Sequence record: PV636260.1
Strand: one strand, 5' to 3'
Source of the DNA: a phage
Length of the DNA stretch: 48,147 bases
This document shows, piece by piece, positions 28,133 through 36,342 of this stretch. Within the stretch, counting starts at the first letter, position 1, and each line of letters starts with the position of its first letter. The notes below the pieces were generated by a model. The model was not told the DNA's origin. It saw only the letters and a program-made list of their open reading frames with translations, and ran no database searches. A program made the position numbers and the translations under genes.

Positions 28133-28181
28133 GGGCACTATATCAAATGCCCTTGAGCAAGTTTTAGCAATTCGTGCTATT
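28133..28181 (-). promoter_or_regulatory. repeated element (ATAGCACGAATTGCTAAAAC) plus hairpin with TATAGT
   Basis: Hairpin GGGCA-N10-TGCCC; element abuts the stop codon of 28180..28626. Confidence 0.55.
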
Positions 28182-28626
28182 ACCAGTAATCTAACTCGCG
28201 TCCAACCCAGGCGTCAAAGTCACTTTGGCAGAATGTGCCGCTATAATTTTCCATCATTTCATCGATCAGGAAGTTGGCTGGCTCTCCGATGCTATAGAAG
28301 TATAAATCAGCAGCGTTACGCGCCCAGCGCCCGGCATCTTTCTTGCTCATCTTCCAGTATTTAATTGCAATCTTCTTGAATGCGCGAACTACGCGCTTGC
28401 GGATCTTGATATGCTTGTATACCGCATTGCAGCCGTAAGCCATATATTCATTGTTGCCAAGATTCTGCATGATGTACGGATTAACGTCTTTTGACGTAAT
28501 CATCAGTTCGCCATCTCCGCGACGCGCATAATAAATGCTTGCTGTCATGTAGTGACCTTTGAACATTCCAATGCCGTACAGGGTATGTTCATCGTTAGGT
28601 GTATCAATGCAAATCAAATGTTTCAT
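28180..28626 (-). CDS. hypothetical protein
   Basis: Start moved to ATG 28626 with RBS GAGGGAA. Confidence 0.5.
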   Translation of the reverse strand: MKHLICIDTPNDEHTLYGIGMFKGHYMTASIYYARRGDGELMITSKDVNPYIMQNLGNNEYMAYGCNAVYKHIKIRKRVVRAFKKIAIKYWKMSKKDAGRWARNAADLYFYSIGEPANFLIDEMMENYSGTFCQSDFDAWVGRELDYW

Positions 28627-28651
28627 GAGTGTTCCCTCGTTCGTTGGTGTG

Positions 28652-28700
28652 GGGGAATCATAGCGCATTCCCCTTGATAGGTTTTAGCAATTCGTGCTAT
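28652..28700 (-). promoter_or_regulatory. repeated element plus hairpin with TATGAT
   Basis: ATAGCACGAATTGCTAAAAC; hairpin GGGGAAT-N8-ATTCCCC. Confidence 0.55.
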
Positions 28701-28902
28701 TCGTTTTAATAGTGATGCAAAAATAATTTTTTAAGCACGTCACCACGCGCGCTGAATCGACTTGTGGGAGCATTAAAATTTCGTGGACCAATTGCACTGC
28801 CGACACCTCAGATTTGTAGTAGTGTGCGATTCTGGAGGTATTTGGGCGCATTCCTTCCACTGCGTCACGCGCTGCATCTTCTGCTGTCATGATAGTAGCC
28901 AT
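28684..28902 (-). CDS. hypothetical protein (uncertain; 3' end reads through the repeated element)
   Basis: ORF track only; weak RBS. Confidence 0.3.
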   Translation of the reverse strand: MATIMTAEDAARDAVEGMRPNTSRIAHYYKSEVSAVQLVHEILMLPQVDSARVVTCLKNYFCITIKTNSTNC

Positions 28903-29010
28903 AAAACACCCTTAAGAGATAATGTCAGGACCAGGAGGCAGAATAGCAACTCCTGAAATGATGGCGGCTCGTTATTCCAGTTAGAAAAGTCTGGCATAGT
29001 GTTTTCTCCA

Positions 29011-29040
29011 AAAGAAAGGGGAACCGCTCAGAGTCGATTC
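29011..29040 (-). terminator. terminator-like hairpin downstream of 29051..29689
   Basis: GGGGAATCGACTCTGAGCGGTTCCCC then TTTCTTTT on minus strand. Confidence 0.5.
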
Positions 29041-29050
29041 CCCGTTAAAA

Positions 29051-29689
29051 TTACATGATGAACAATAGCGAAATCGAAGCGACCAAGAGAACAATCGCAA
29101 TAGCCAGGCCAGACAAGTCTGCTTTCTCTTCAAACTTCAGTGCTGGCTTGCGGTCAGCATTAATAGGCTTGACGTTGCTAATCTTGCTGGTGTTGATCTT
29201 GCCGTTGGCGCGGAAGGTGCGCTTGCGCTTCTTGCCGAACGTTGCAAACTTAGTGCCGCCGCTATTCCAGCGAAGACCCTCTCCGTTGTGCGTTACGGTT
29301 GCAATGCGGTTGCGGCCCGTGTCGTCGGTAATTACAGCCGTGTGCTTAGCGTGCTCAGAGGGAACGTCGTAAATTTTGCCAACAGTAAATTTTTTGGTGT
29401 TATCGCTGATACATTCGAATTTCATAAATTTTACCTCTTTATTATGCAGTTGGTTGATTGCTTCGATTACGTCGTTAAATTTAACACCATCCACGATTCG
29501 ATGGAAGATATATTTTGAACTGCCGCCATACGGAAGGAAGATCTCCTGATATTCGTGACGCCGTACAACGTTTACGTTACTACCGTACTCATCAACTATA
29601 ACGAAGCTGTCGTCATTGACGCGAGCGCCTTCGTAGATTTTGCCGTACTTAAAACCAGATCCTATACTTGATACGCATTCAAATTTCAT
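29051..29689 (-). CDS. tail-anchored membrane protein with tandem duplicated domain
   Basis: Two repeats starting MKFEC(V/I)S...GKIY; basic linker; C-terminal TM helix LSGLAIAIVLLVASISLLFIM. Confidence 0.55.
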   Translation of the reverse strand: MKFECVSSIGSGFKYGKIYEGARVNDDSFVIVDEYGSNVNVVRRHEYQEIFLPYGGSSKYIFHRIVDGVKFNDVIEAINQLHNKEVKFMKFECISDNTKKFTVGKIYDVPSEHAKHTAVITDDTGRNRIATVTHNGEGLRWNSGGTKFATFGKKRKRTFRANGKINTSKISNVKPINADRKPALKFEEKADLSGLAIAIVLLVASISLLFIM

Positions 29690-29973
29690 GGTCTAACCTT
29701 CCTGTAAGGCTTGATTGATAACATCACGTATTGCGTGAAGTCGCATTCTTGCTCGTCATACCCGCGATTGATGTATGGCGTCACATCGGTAACATCGGAT
29801 ACCCTGGCGTGAACTTCCCACCCGGTAAACTCACCGCGATCGAACTCGCGTAGCTCCAGAATATCGCCAGGCCGGAAGTTTCGATCATTGACGCGGAACT
29901 CTGCCGTTTTGGTGCCGTTCATTACTCCAATAAAATGTACCGTGTTGATCTTAAGTTTGTGAATATTGCTCAT
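29686..29973 (-). CDS. ASCH-domain protein
   Basis: GxKxxExR signature (NGTKTAEFR) near N-terminus. Confidence 0.55.
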   Translation of the reverse strand: MSNIHKLKINTVHFIGVMNGTKTAEFRVNDRNFRPGDILELREFDRGEFTGWEVHARVSDVTDVTPYINRGYDEQECDFTQYVMLSIKPYRKVRP

Positions 29974-30163
29974 CTTCCTTCACCTCGAATGTTACGTTCC
30001 AAAATTTATTGCCGCAAGAATGATAGGTTACGTCATGCGGAGTTAGTTCGTGCAATGCATGACCGATGATTTCCATGCGATCGTTCGGTGCCAGGCATCG
30101 AAGTGATTCACGAAGGCGTGAAGCCTTGTCGTAAATCTGCCACTGCGTGAGTCGTGTAGCCAT
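29951..30163 (-). CDS. hypothetical protein (start revised to ATG 30163)
   Basis: Strong RBS AAGGAA before internal ATG; the track start is a TTG. Confidence 0.45.
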   Translation of the reverse strand: MATRLTQWQIYDKASRLRESLRCLAPNDRMEIIGHALHELTPHDVTYHSCGNKFWNVTFEVKEDEQYSQT

Positions 30164-30173
30164 AGCTAATTCC

Positions 30174-30251
30174 TTATTTGCAAAATGGGCAGGTTGATTT
30201 ATTTCCGCTGCCACCATGATTAGGGCAGCACAATTTCTCAATTGGCGTCAT
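30174..30251 (-). CDS. 25-aa Cys-rich mini-protein (not in ORF track)
   Basis: RBS GAGGAA 7 nt before ATG; MTPIEKLCCPNHGGSGNKSTCPFCK; stop TAA overlaps the next RBS. Confidence 0.35.
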   Translation of the reverse strand: MTPIEKLCCPNHGGSGNKSTCPFCK

Positions 30252-30285
30252 AACTGATTCCTCTGATTGGTTGCCATGCTTCAAT

Positions 30286-30335
30286 AAGGCCACTATATCA
30301 AATGGCCTTGCGGAAGGTTTAGCAATTCGTGCTAT
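30286..30335 (-). promoter_or_regulatory. repeated element plus hairpin with TATAGT
   Basis: ATAGCACGAATTGCTAAAC; hairpin AAGGCCA-N10-TGGCCTT. Confidence 0.55.
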
Positions 30336-30481
30336 CGTTTAACACACATTGTTTTTACTTCGTATCCGAACGGCTTGTTTTCTGCAATTACTTCACGAGC
30401 TTTGTTACATGATTGCTGACTCTCCATGTATACGTGATCCGGCCCGGTGCTCATCAGTATAATCAATACCCATGCAGCCAT
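30332..30481 (-). CDS. 49-aa hypothetical protein with hydrophobic N-terminus (not in ORF track)
   Basis: TAATG coupling to upstream gene, RBS GGTGA; stop TAG is the TAG of the repeated element. Confidence 0.4.
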   Translation of the reverse strand: MAAWVLIILMSTGPDHVYMESQQSCNKAREVIAENKPFGYEVKTMCVKR

Positions 30482-30987
30482 TATTTCACCTCGTAGCGTA
30501 CAAGCGTTCCGCGCTTAATGCTGATTTCACCTGATACCGTATTGTTCTTGAAGCTGCCGTGATGCAATAGAAGCGTGATGATATCGTCGTGCACCTCAAT
30601 AGTTTTTGGTATCGCGGTAATCTCAACCCAAGAATCGCTGCTAATCTGGACACCTTTTAGCTTTGCGCTAAGTGGCATGTTCTCGATCTGAGAGCACTGT
30701 ATAGACGGCTTGATTTCTGGCTTTGCAGCTTTGAATATCGAGCCTTCAATCTTCCAGCTATAATACAAGCTGTAAGCATTATGACCGTCACTCATAATGT
30801 AGTGGTAGTCCTTATTTGGTGAGTTTTCTTTATTCACTTCATTATGTCTGGCAATAAACCACTCCAGATTAAGCTGCGACACCTTATCAGTGGCCCATGT
30901 ACCCTTATCTTTATCGGTGAACGTAATTTCACCACATCCCATGCTGATAAATTTGATCGGGAATTTAACGTCTTCTAATTTCAACAT
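30481..30987 (-). CDS. hypothetical protein
   Basis: ORF preceded by element, hairpin and RBS AAGAGGAAA. Confidence 0.55.
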   Translation of the reverse strand: MLKLEDVKFPIKFISMGCGEITFTDKDKGTWATDKVSQLNLEWFIARHNEVNKENSPNKDYHYIMSDGHNAYSLYYSWKIEGSIFKAAKPEIKPSIQCSQIENMPLSAKLKGVQISSDSWVEITAIPKTIEVHDDIITLLLHHGSFKNNTVSGEISIKRGTLVRYEVK

Positions 30988-31013
30988 AATGATTTCCTCT
31001 TAGTGGTTGATGT

Positions 31014-31061
31014 GGGATTGTACCAGTCAGGACGAATCCCCTTTTAACAATTCGTGCTTAG
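31014..31061 (-). promoter_or_regulatory. repeated element (AGCACGAATTGTTAAAAG) plus hairpin with TACAAT
   Basis: Sequence match and position. Confidence 0.5.
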
Positions 31062-31552
31062 TAGACTAGCTCGCACTCAATAGAGAACGGTTCGGAGTCG
31101 CGATGGAAGAAGCAAAGTGACTCTTTATTCATCCCACCCCAAAAACCTACAGCATTGAGTTGTTCATTGCCAACGTAAGCTAGGGTGCTGGTAATTTCCT
31201 CAAAGTCAACAATAACCGGGAACGTGCGATTCTCATAACCAGGGCGCATAGGATACCCGCCATTGTTGAGAAGTCGAACCTTGCGCGGCTTGATGTTTGC
31301 CTGGACTTCCCATTTAAAAAAGAACATCGTTCCGTCCTTCTCGTTGAAGTCAGCCGGGCCAAATGCCGGACTAACCGATAGGCCGTAATCAAGATCGTAC
31401 ACGCCAGCTTTAACCAGGTCATCGACCTTTACGCGGTAGCCACCGCCGCCCAAGCTATCATCGCACTTCACCGCGTCAACGATAATCGGGTCTGATTCCA
31501 GGTCGCGAGTAAAGCCTTTGTAACCGCCAGTGCACAGTAATTTAATTTTCAT
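31058..31552 (-). CDS. hypothetical protein (start revised to ATG 31552)
   Basis: RBS GAGGACGAGAG; the longer track ORF would run through the regulatory element. Confidence 0.5.
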   Translation of the reverse strand: MKIKLLCTGGYKGFTRDLESDPIIVDAVKCDDSLGGGGYRVKVDDLVKAGVYDLDYGLSVSPAFGPADFNEKDGTMFFFKWEVQANIKPRKVRLLNNGGYPMRPGYENRTFPVIVDFEEITSTLAYVGNEQLNAVGFWGGMNKESLCFFHRDSEPFSIECELVY

Positions 31553-31577
31553 GCTCTCGTCCTCATTCGTTGTCGAT

Positions 31578-31629
31578 GTGGTTACTATATCGCAACCACA
31601 TGATCGCGTTTTAACAAAAAGTGCTATTT
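31578..31629 (-). promoter_or_regulatory. repeated element (ATAGCACTTTTTGTTAAAAC) plus hairpin with TATAGT
   Basis: Hairpin GTGGTT-N10-AACCAC. Confidence 0.55.
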
Positions 31630-31863
31630 CATCAGAGTGAAGCAACGAATCTCGTTTGGCTTAAAGATGAATGTCTGTATGCCATTGATAAGACCTGCGT
31701 GAATAACTTCGAACCCAAACTCTTTCTTTACATACCTTACAAATTCGAAGGTTGTACGATAATCACCATTGAATCCAAACGTCTCGGGGTTAAGCTGGAA
31801 TGCTTCGCCTGGGTTTAGTCGCATCAAGATACCTTTCAGGGCGTCATGCTTAATTTTGCTCAT
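31624..31863 (-). CDS. hypothetical protein
   Basis: ORF in operon. Confidence 0.5.
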   Translation of the reverse strand: MSKIKHDALKGILMRLNPGEAFQLNPETFGFNGDYRTTFEFVRYVKKEFGFEVIHAGLINGIQTFIFKPNEIRCFTLMK

Positions 31864-31865
31864 GA

Positions 31866-32441
31866 TTACTTCTCCTCATCCAGTAAATGCGAGCGGAATT
31901 GCTCGACCAGCTTGTTGAGATCGGATACCGAGATATTGCTGCCTTCAAAATCCCTCAAATCGATTCTGAACGCTTCAACCTTCGCATTGAACACGTCGGC
32001 TATGCTCTTTCGCTTCCGACCTCTCTTGCCCTGTTTAGCTTCGCATATGACCTTCTTCGCTTCCTCACCTTCTAGTTCGGTTATGAATATCGTCACCCCG
32101 TCAACCTGATCGCGGTTGATTCGCACAGATACGGCCTTATTGTGCACCTTGAGCATGTGGCGCTTGATGATATTGGACACATACGACGCGGTGAGTCGTT
32201 CTAGCAACCAGGCTGATCGAGATGTGTACTCGTTAACGACTGCCTCATCAATCTGGTCATCGTTAAGTTCCACGCCATGAGTAGCCTTTACAATCTCGGC
32301 CTGCTCATTGACGTACACTTCAACCATTTGCTTTCCGGTGATTGAGAACTCATTCCCTGATTGGTTGATTTCAATCGCCTTTCGAATATAGTCCGGCAGG
32401 TTGAGTTCAAATTCTGTCACTTCTTTAAGCTGAGTTTTCAC
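31866..32441 (-). CDS. hypothetical protein, first gene of the leftward early operon
   Basis: GTG start after GAGGT; 191 aa. Confidence 0.5.
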   Translation of the reverse strand: MKTQLKEVTEFELNLPDYIRKAIEINQSGNEFSITGKQMVEVYVNEQAEIVKATHGVELNDDQIDEAVVNEYTSRSAWLLERLTASYVSNIIKRHMLKVHNKAVSVRINRDQVDGVTIFITELEGEEAKKVICEAKQGKRGRKRKSIADVFNAKVEAFRIDLRDFEGSNISVSDLNKLVEQFRSHLLDEEK

Positions 32442-32489
32442 TTGTCTATACCTCGTTGTCTATGGTTGTAACTTTCAACTTCGAAAAAC

Positions 32490-32519
32490 ATGTTACAGCT
32501 ACAACGTCAGATGCGTCAA
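32490..32519 (-). promoter_or_regulatory. candidate sigma70-like leftward early promoter
   Basis: Minus strand TTGACG - 18 bp - TAACAT, about 50 nt upstream of the first gene. Confidence 0.35.
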
Positions 32520-32851
32520 TGTCTATAGCTGCATTTTTTATTTTTGTAACCAGTGCAACCGATGCAACCGACTTTTTCTATAAAAGTAAGAACATCTATT
32601 TATGCGCGCGGAATAGTATGTTTTTTATACTATGCATCACGAAATATATGCCACCCTCAAAAAATGCGGTTGCACCTATTACGCCGATTACATACCAATA
32701 TATAATATAATAAATAAATAAATATATATTATCTATCTTATTATTATATATAGATATTTTATTATCTATAGGCCTATCGATTCTCTGGCCATTTTGTAAC
32801 ACCCCTGATGGTATACAACTATTACGACAATTACAACTAACGCATAGACGA

Positions 32852-32871
32852 ATAGCACGTTTTGCTAAAAA
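32852..32871 (+). promoter_or_regulatory. copy of the repeated element within the large intergenic region (no obvious -10 at the usual spacing)
   Basis: ATAGCACGTTTTGCTAAAAA. Confidence 0.4.
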
Positions 32872-33221
32872 TGGAGATGACCACCAGGCGAACTGGGTAA
32901 CACTAAATCCCCCCTCTCACAATCATTGCAATCTAAGCAACAAATCAACCAACTGTTGCACACCATGCAACAATCACATTTCATCATTCGAGATCAATCA
33001 TGATCGTAATTATTCCAGATATTCCAGTATTGATGGAATAATGAGCAATTATTGGAATAGCATTTTTTGCCACACATCAGCCCTGCCGATCGGGTATGAT
33101 TCATCTCATCAACCAATCAGAGGAGATTTGCAGTGAAATTAATCTGGTCGCTATTCGACGGTTCCGGCCTTGCAGGTCATGAACTTAACTTTGCGCGATG
33201 TCTTCCGTTTTGAGGTGATGA

Positions 33222-33749
33222 ATGATTTGGCACGATTACTTTACATACAATCCGAAAACTGGAAAGCTGTTCTGGAAAGAAAGAAAAGATATACACAAAT
33301 CAAGAGTTAAACAATGGAATGCTCGCAATGCTGGTAATGAGGTTGGCTCTTTGGGTAGTGGTGGCAGATATTTAGAAACTACACTTACTGTAAACGGAAA
33401 ACGTTATAACCTGAAAGTTCATAGAATATGCTATGAAATGCACTATGGCCCAATACCTGAAGGAAAGGCGGTTGATCACGTAAATCACATCACGACTGAT
33501 AACAGAGCAATAAACTTTGAGTTAAAAGATCATAAAGGAAATATGCGAAACACATCAAAACAGAAAAACAATACAAGTGGCATACCAGGTGTGCATAAAA
33601 ATAAACATGGCAAATGGGTTGTAAGGATTGGAGGGGGAAAGCGAGGGAGGAGGATTTACATAGGGTGCTTCTCAAGTTTTGATGATGCGATTTCCGCAAA
33701 GAAAGCAGCTGAATATGAACATGGATACCATGAAAACCACGGCAAATAG
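33222..33749 (+). CDS. HNH endonuclease with C-terminal AP2 DNA-binding domain
   Basis: HNH core VDHVNHITTDNRAINFEL; AP2-like SGIPGVHKNKHGKWVVRI...IGCFSSFDDAISAKKAAEYEHG; RBS GAGGTGA. Confidence 0.7.
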   Translation: MIWHDYFTYNPKTGKLFWKERKDIHKSRVKQWNARNAGNEVGSLGSGGRYLETTLTVNGKRYNLKVHRICYEMHYGPIPEGKAVDHVNHITTDNRAINFELKDHKGNMRNTSKQKNNTSGIPGVHKNKHGKWVVRIGGGKRGRRIYIGCFSSFDDAISAKKAAEYEHGYHENHGK

Positions 33750-33765
33750 CACTTTTTGTTAAAAC
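33746..33765 (+). promoter_or_regulatory. repeated element (ATAGCACTTTTTGTTAAAAC) abutting the HNH stop codon
   Basis: The TAG of ATAGCAC is the HNH stop codon; -10-like TAATTA about 20 bp downstream. Confidence 0.5.
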
Positions 33766-33822
33766 TCGATCGGTGCGATTTGGCATAATTACCTCATCGA
33801 AACGAGATTGAGGAAAAACAAA

Positions 33823-34008
33823 ATGGCACGTCGCATCACTAAAGAACTTAAAGTTCTGAACAAAGAAAACGTAGTTAAAATCCTGGTTATTTGGGGATAC
33901 AGCGAAGAGTCAGCAAAGCAGAAGGTAGAAGCAGGTTACGACCTGGCTATCAAGGCAATGCCTAACGACGACGCAAAAGGCATTGCAAACTATGTAGCGT
34001 TCTTTTAA
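33823..34008 (+). CDS. hypothetical protein
   Basis: ATG 33823 after GAGGAAAAA. Confidence 0.5.
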   Translation: MARRITKELKVLNKENVVKILVIWGYSEESAKQKVEAGYDLAIKAMPNDDAKGIANYVAFF

Positions 34009-34023
34009 TTAACAGGCTAACAA

Positions 34024-34209
34024 ATGAAAACGAAATTAGTGCATAAATCAGAAATCAAGATCGGCGATACTGTGATTCACAACGGAGAGCTTAAAACTGT
34101 TGGCAAGGAGTCAATAACCAAAGATGAATTTATGGGGTTATTGTTGTTCGGGGACTCCTATCGACTTGGTTACAAAATGGTTGAGCTTGTTGAAGATGTA
34201 AAATTCTAA
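34024..34209 (+). CDS. hypothetical protein
   Basis: ORF; stop followed directly by the repeated element. Confidence 0.5.
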   Translation: MKTKLVHKSEIKIGDTVIHNGELKTVGKESITKDEFMGLLLFGDSYRLGYKMVELVEDVKF

Positions 34210-34259
34210 ATAGCACTTTTTGCTAAACGAAAATGCGGGAGGGCTGCTATAGTTCTCCC
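34210..34259 (+). promoter_or_regulatory. repeated element (ATAGCACTTTTTGCTAAAC) plus hairpin with TATAGT
   Basis: Hairpin GGGAG-N13-CTCCC with TATAGT in the loop, then RBS GAGGTAA. Confidence 0.55.
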
Positions 34260-34284
34260 ATCAACAGAAAACGAGGTAATCACC

Positions 34285-34656
34285 ATGTTTAAACAATTCG
34301 TAGACCTGGACTTCTCAGCAAGCACAGCAATCCAGACTGACGAGAAAGAGAACGTAGCGATCGAGAACATTGCGCGAAAGATTTACAACAAGCAAGAGAA
34401 GGCAGTGAGAGCCGCTCTAAGCGCTTATTACGGCGTAAGTGATGCAATGGAGTGCGTGAACCGAGTAACCCGCGCAGTGGACCATTTAGGCGTGTCTCGC
34501 TTCATTGATAATGATACTGGAGAGACAATAATCCAGCTTAACAACCCATCAATGCGGACCGAGCTTGGCAATATTGCATTATGGGGCGTGGCTAACTACT
34601 CAATCACTGTAAACTCCTGCATTGCGGATCGTGTTAAGGAGGCATTGTATGAGTGA
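34285..34656 (+). CDS. hypothetical protein
   Basis: ORF with RBS. Confidence 0.55.
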   Translation: MFKQFVDLDFSASTAIQTDEKENVAIENIARKIYNKQEKAVRAALSAYYGVSDAMECVNRVTRAVDHLGVSRFIDNDTGETIIQLNNPSMRTELGNIALWGVANYSITVNSCIADRVKEALYE

Positions 34657-34849
34657 TAATATCTACCGCGTGGTTGCGATCTCACGCAAGACGCAAAAGA
34701 GAGTAGTTGCCTACATGGGAAATAGCGCAATTGAAGCTACGGATGCCTTCGAACTATTGAAGAACAACGAGGGATTTATGAACACGTTCCGCGTTCGACT
34801 TGAGCGCCTCGAACCTGTTATCATTGATGAAGCGCGAAAGCTATCCTGA
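34651..34849 (+). CDS. hypothetical protein
   Basis: ATG 34651 overlapping the upstream stop (ATGAGTGA). Confidence 0.5.
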
Positions 34850-34866
34850 CTGGTTAAGGGGGAGTA

Positions 34867-35187
34867 ATGAACCACACTTACAAAATCACAACGAAGTCAC
34901 CGAAGATTAACGGAAGCACGGTTGCGGCACTGAATAACGCGGCGGCAATTCACGAAAAAAATATCATGGAGCGCGTGAAGGCGGCGGTAGGTAGATTCTA
35001 CGGGATCAATGCCGACATTGCCGACAGCAAGCGACTGTTCAAATACGTTCCAGGTCATCCATATGGCAGGATGATTGATATCAAGCATGAAAAAGAATTG
35101 GTTCGAATCGGATCGCTAAGCATTGATGAGTTCGATCATAGCATCAACCTGGTGACGGCGTATCAAACTTGGGACGGTAAAAAATGA
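34867..35187 (+). CDS. hypothetical protein
   Basis: RBS AAGGGGGAG. Confidence 0.55.
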   Translation: MNHTYKITTKSPKINGSTVAALNNAAAIHEKNIMERVKAAVGRFYGINADIADSKRLFKYVPGHPYGRMIDIKHEKELVRIGSLSIDEFDHSINLVTAYQTWDGKK

Positions 35188-35327
35188 TTTATATTCACAC
35201 TTTCTATACTGGCAAATTTAACAACGTAAAAAATGTTCGCGTTTACGATAGCCACCAAAAAGCAATGATGCAGAAAGTAGTTCTAGGCGGCACAACCAAA
35301 GAGTGCAAAGTAATTTCTGAGTACTGA
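35184..35327 (+). CDS. 47-aa hypothetical protein (not in ORF track)
   Basis: ATGA coupling with upstream stop; stop TGA immediately before the repeated element. Confidence 0.4.
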   Translation: MIYIHTFYTGKFNNVKNVRVYDSHQKAMMQKVVLGGTTKECKVISEY

Positions 35328-35378
35328 TAGCACGAATAGCTAAAGACAATCAGCAAGGGAGTAAGGTATATTACTCCC
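35327..35378 (+). promoter_or_regulatory. repeated element (ATAGCACGAATAGCTAAAG) plus hairpin with TATATT
   Basis: Hairpin GGGAGTA-N8-TACTCCC. Confidence 0.5.
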
Positions 35379-35404
35379 ACACCAAACAAACAAAGGAATT
35401 AAAA

Positions 35405-35629
35405 ATGAGCATTAAAGTTGAGAATATCATCAAGCACCTGAACGCGAAAGGCCGTGTAGTTATCAAAATGGATAAGTCTTCCGGTTTTATTTCAATGACG
35501 GTAACTAAGACTCGTAACGGTAATAACGTTATCGGCAGCACGCCAGGCTCTCGCTTAGTAAATGCAACAGATGCTGATGTGCGCGCTACGCTTGAGGCTA
35601 ACTCAATTTACATTAATTCATGGAGTTAA
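35405..35629 (+). CDS. hypothetical protein
   Basis: RBS AAAGGAA. Confidence 0.55.
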   Translation: MSIKVENIIKHLNAKGRVVIKMDKSSGFISMTVTKTRNGNNVIGSTPGSRLVNATDADVRATLEANSIYINSWS

Positions 35630-35632
35630 TTG

Positions 35633-35842
35633 ATGGAACGGGATAATTTCTGGACTCGTTATTTTGCCGCTCTTGATGCCGGGCTTAGTGCGGAATGGTG
35701 TATCAAGGTTGCATATAAGGAAATCACACTTGAGGACGCGCTAGGAAATATGGATATGGACGCAGAAAGCGAATATAATCCAAACTTCGAGTTACCTGGC
35801 GATGATATTGATGAGGACGACGACGATTATATTCCCTGGTAA
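35633..35842 (+). CDS. small highly acidic protein
   Basis: C-terminus PGDDIDEDDDDYIPW; 69 aa. Confidence 0.5.
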   Translation: MERDNFWTRYFAALDAGLSAEWCIKVAYKEITLEDALGNMDMDAESEYNPNFELPGDDIDEDDDDYIPW

Positions 35843-35892
35843 ATAGCACGATTTGTTAATATTGCCGTAAGGTCATTTGATAAAGTGACCTT
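35843..35892 (+). promoter_or_regulatory. repeated element (ATAGCACGATTTGTTAATA) plus hairpin with TAAAGT
   Basis: Hairpin AAGGTCA-N10-TGACCTT. Confidence 0.5.
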
Positions 35893-35922
35893 ATTCAAGA
35901 TAACCAATCAGGAGTTAATGCG

Positions 35923-36339
35923 ATGAAATCAATCAAACTGAAATGTACTTACGCCGATAAAATCACAGGATTTGAAATTAACAACCTATACAAAGGTCGA
36001 GAGCGTTTCGATGGCACTCGCGAAGTAAAATTAAAATGCGGCAAGTATTTAAAACTTGAAAAGCATGATGAATTACAGATTCACGGATCTGATGAAATCT
36101 TCTTCGCGAAGTTCACTGAGTTGAAAACAAAGACGCTCAAGTGCACCGGGCTTGACCATCGCAACCCAATGAAAAAATCATTCAAAGTTGGCAAGCGTTA
36201 CCAGGTTGAAAGCGGTCGCGCTCTCGGTGGAGTAGCTGGTTACATCTTTGATGAAGATGGTTGTCGCTGGACCTTATTTCGCGAAGAGGTTGGTTTTAGT
36301 ATCGCAGACGGCACAAACTTTGAGGCCAAATACTTATAA
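35923..36339 (+). CDS. hypothetical protein
   Basis: RBS CAGGAG. Confidence 0.55.
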   Translation: MKSIKLKCTYADKITGFEINNLYKGRERFDGTREVKLKCGKYLKLEKHDELQIHGSDEIFFAKFTELKTKTLKCTGLDHRNPMKKSFKVGKRYQVESGRALGGVAGYIFDEDGCRWTLFREEVGFSIADGTNFEAKYL

Positions 36340-36342
36340 CCA

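Noticed and set aside
28684-28902. 72-aa ORF as a confident gene
   Set aside because: Its last five codons are the regulatory element itself and its RBS is weak; a better-supported 36-aa hydrophobic ORF overlaps its start. Kept only as low confidence
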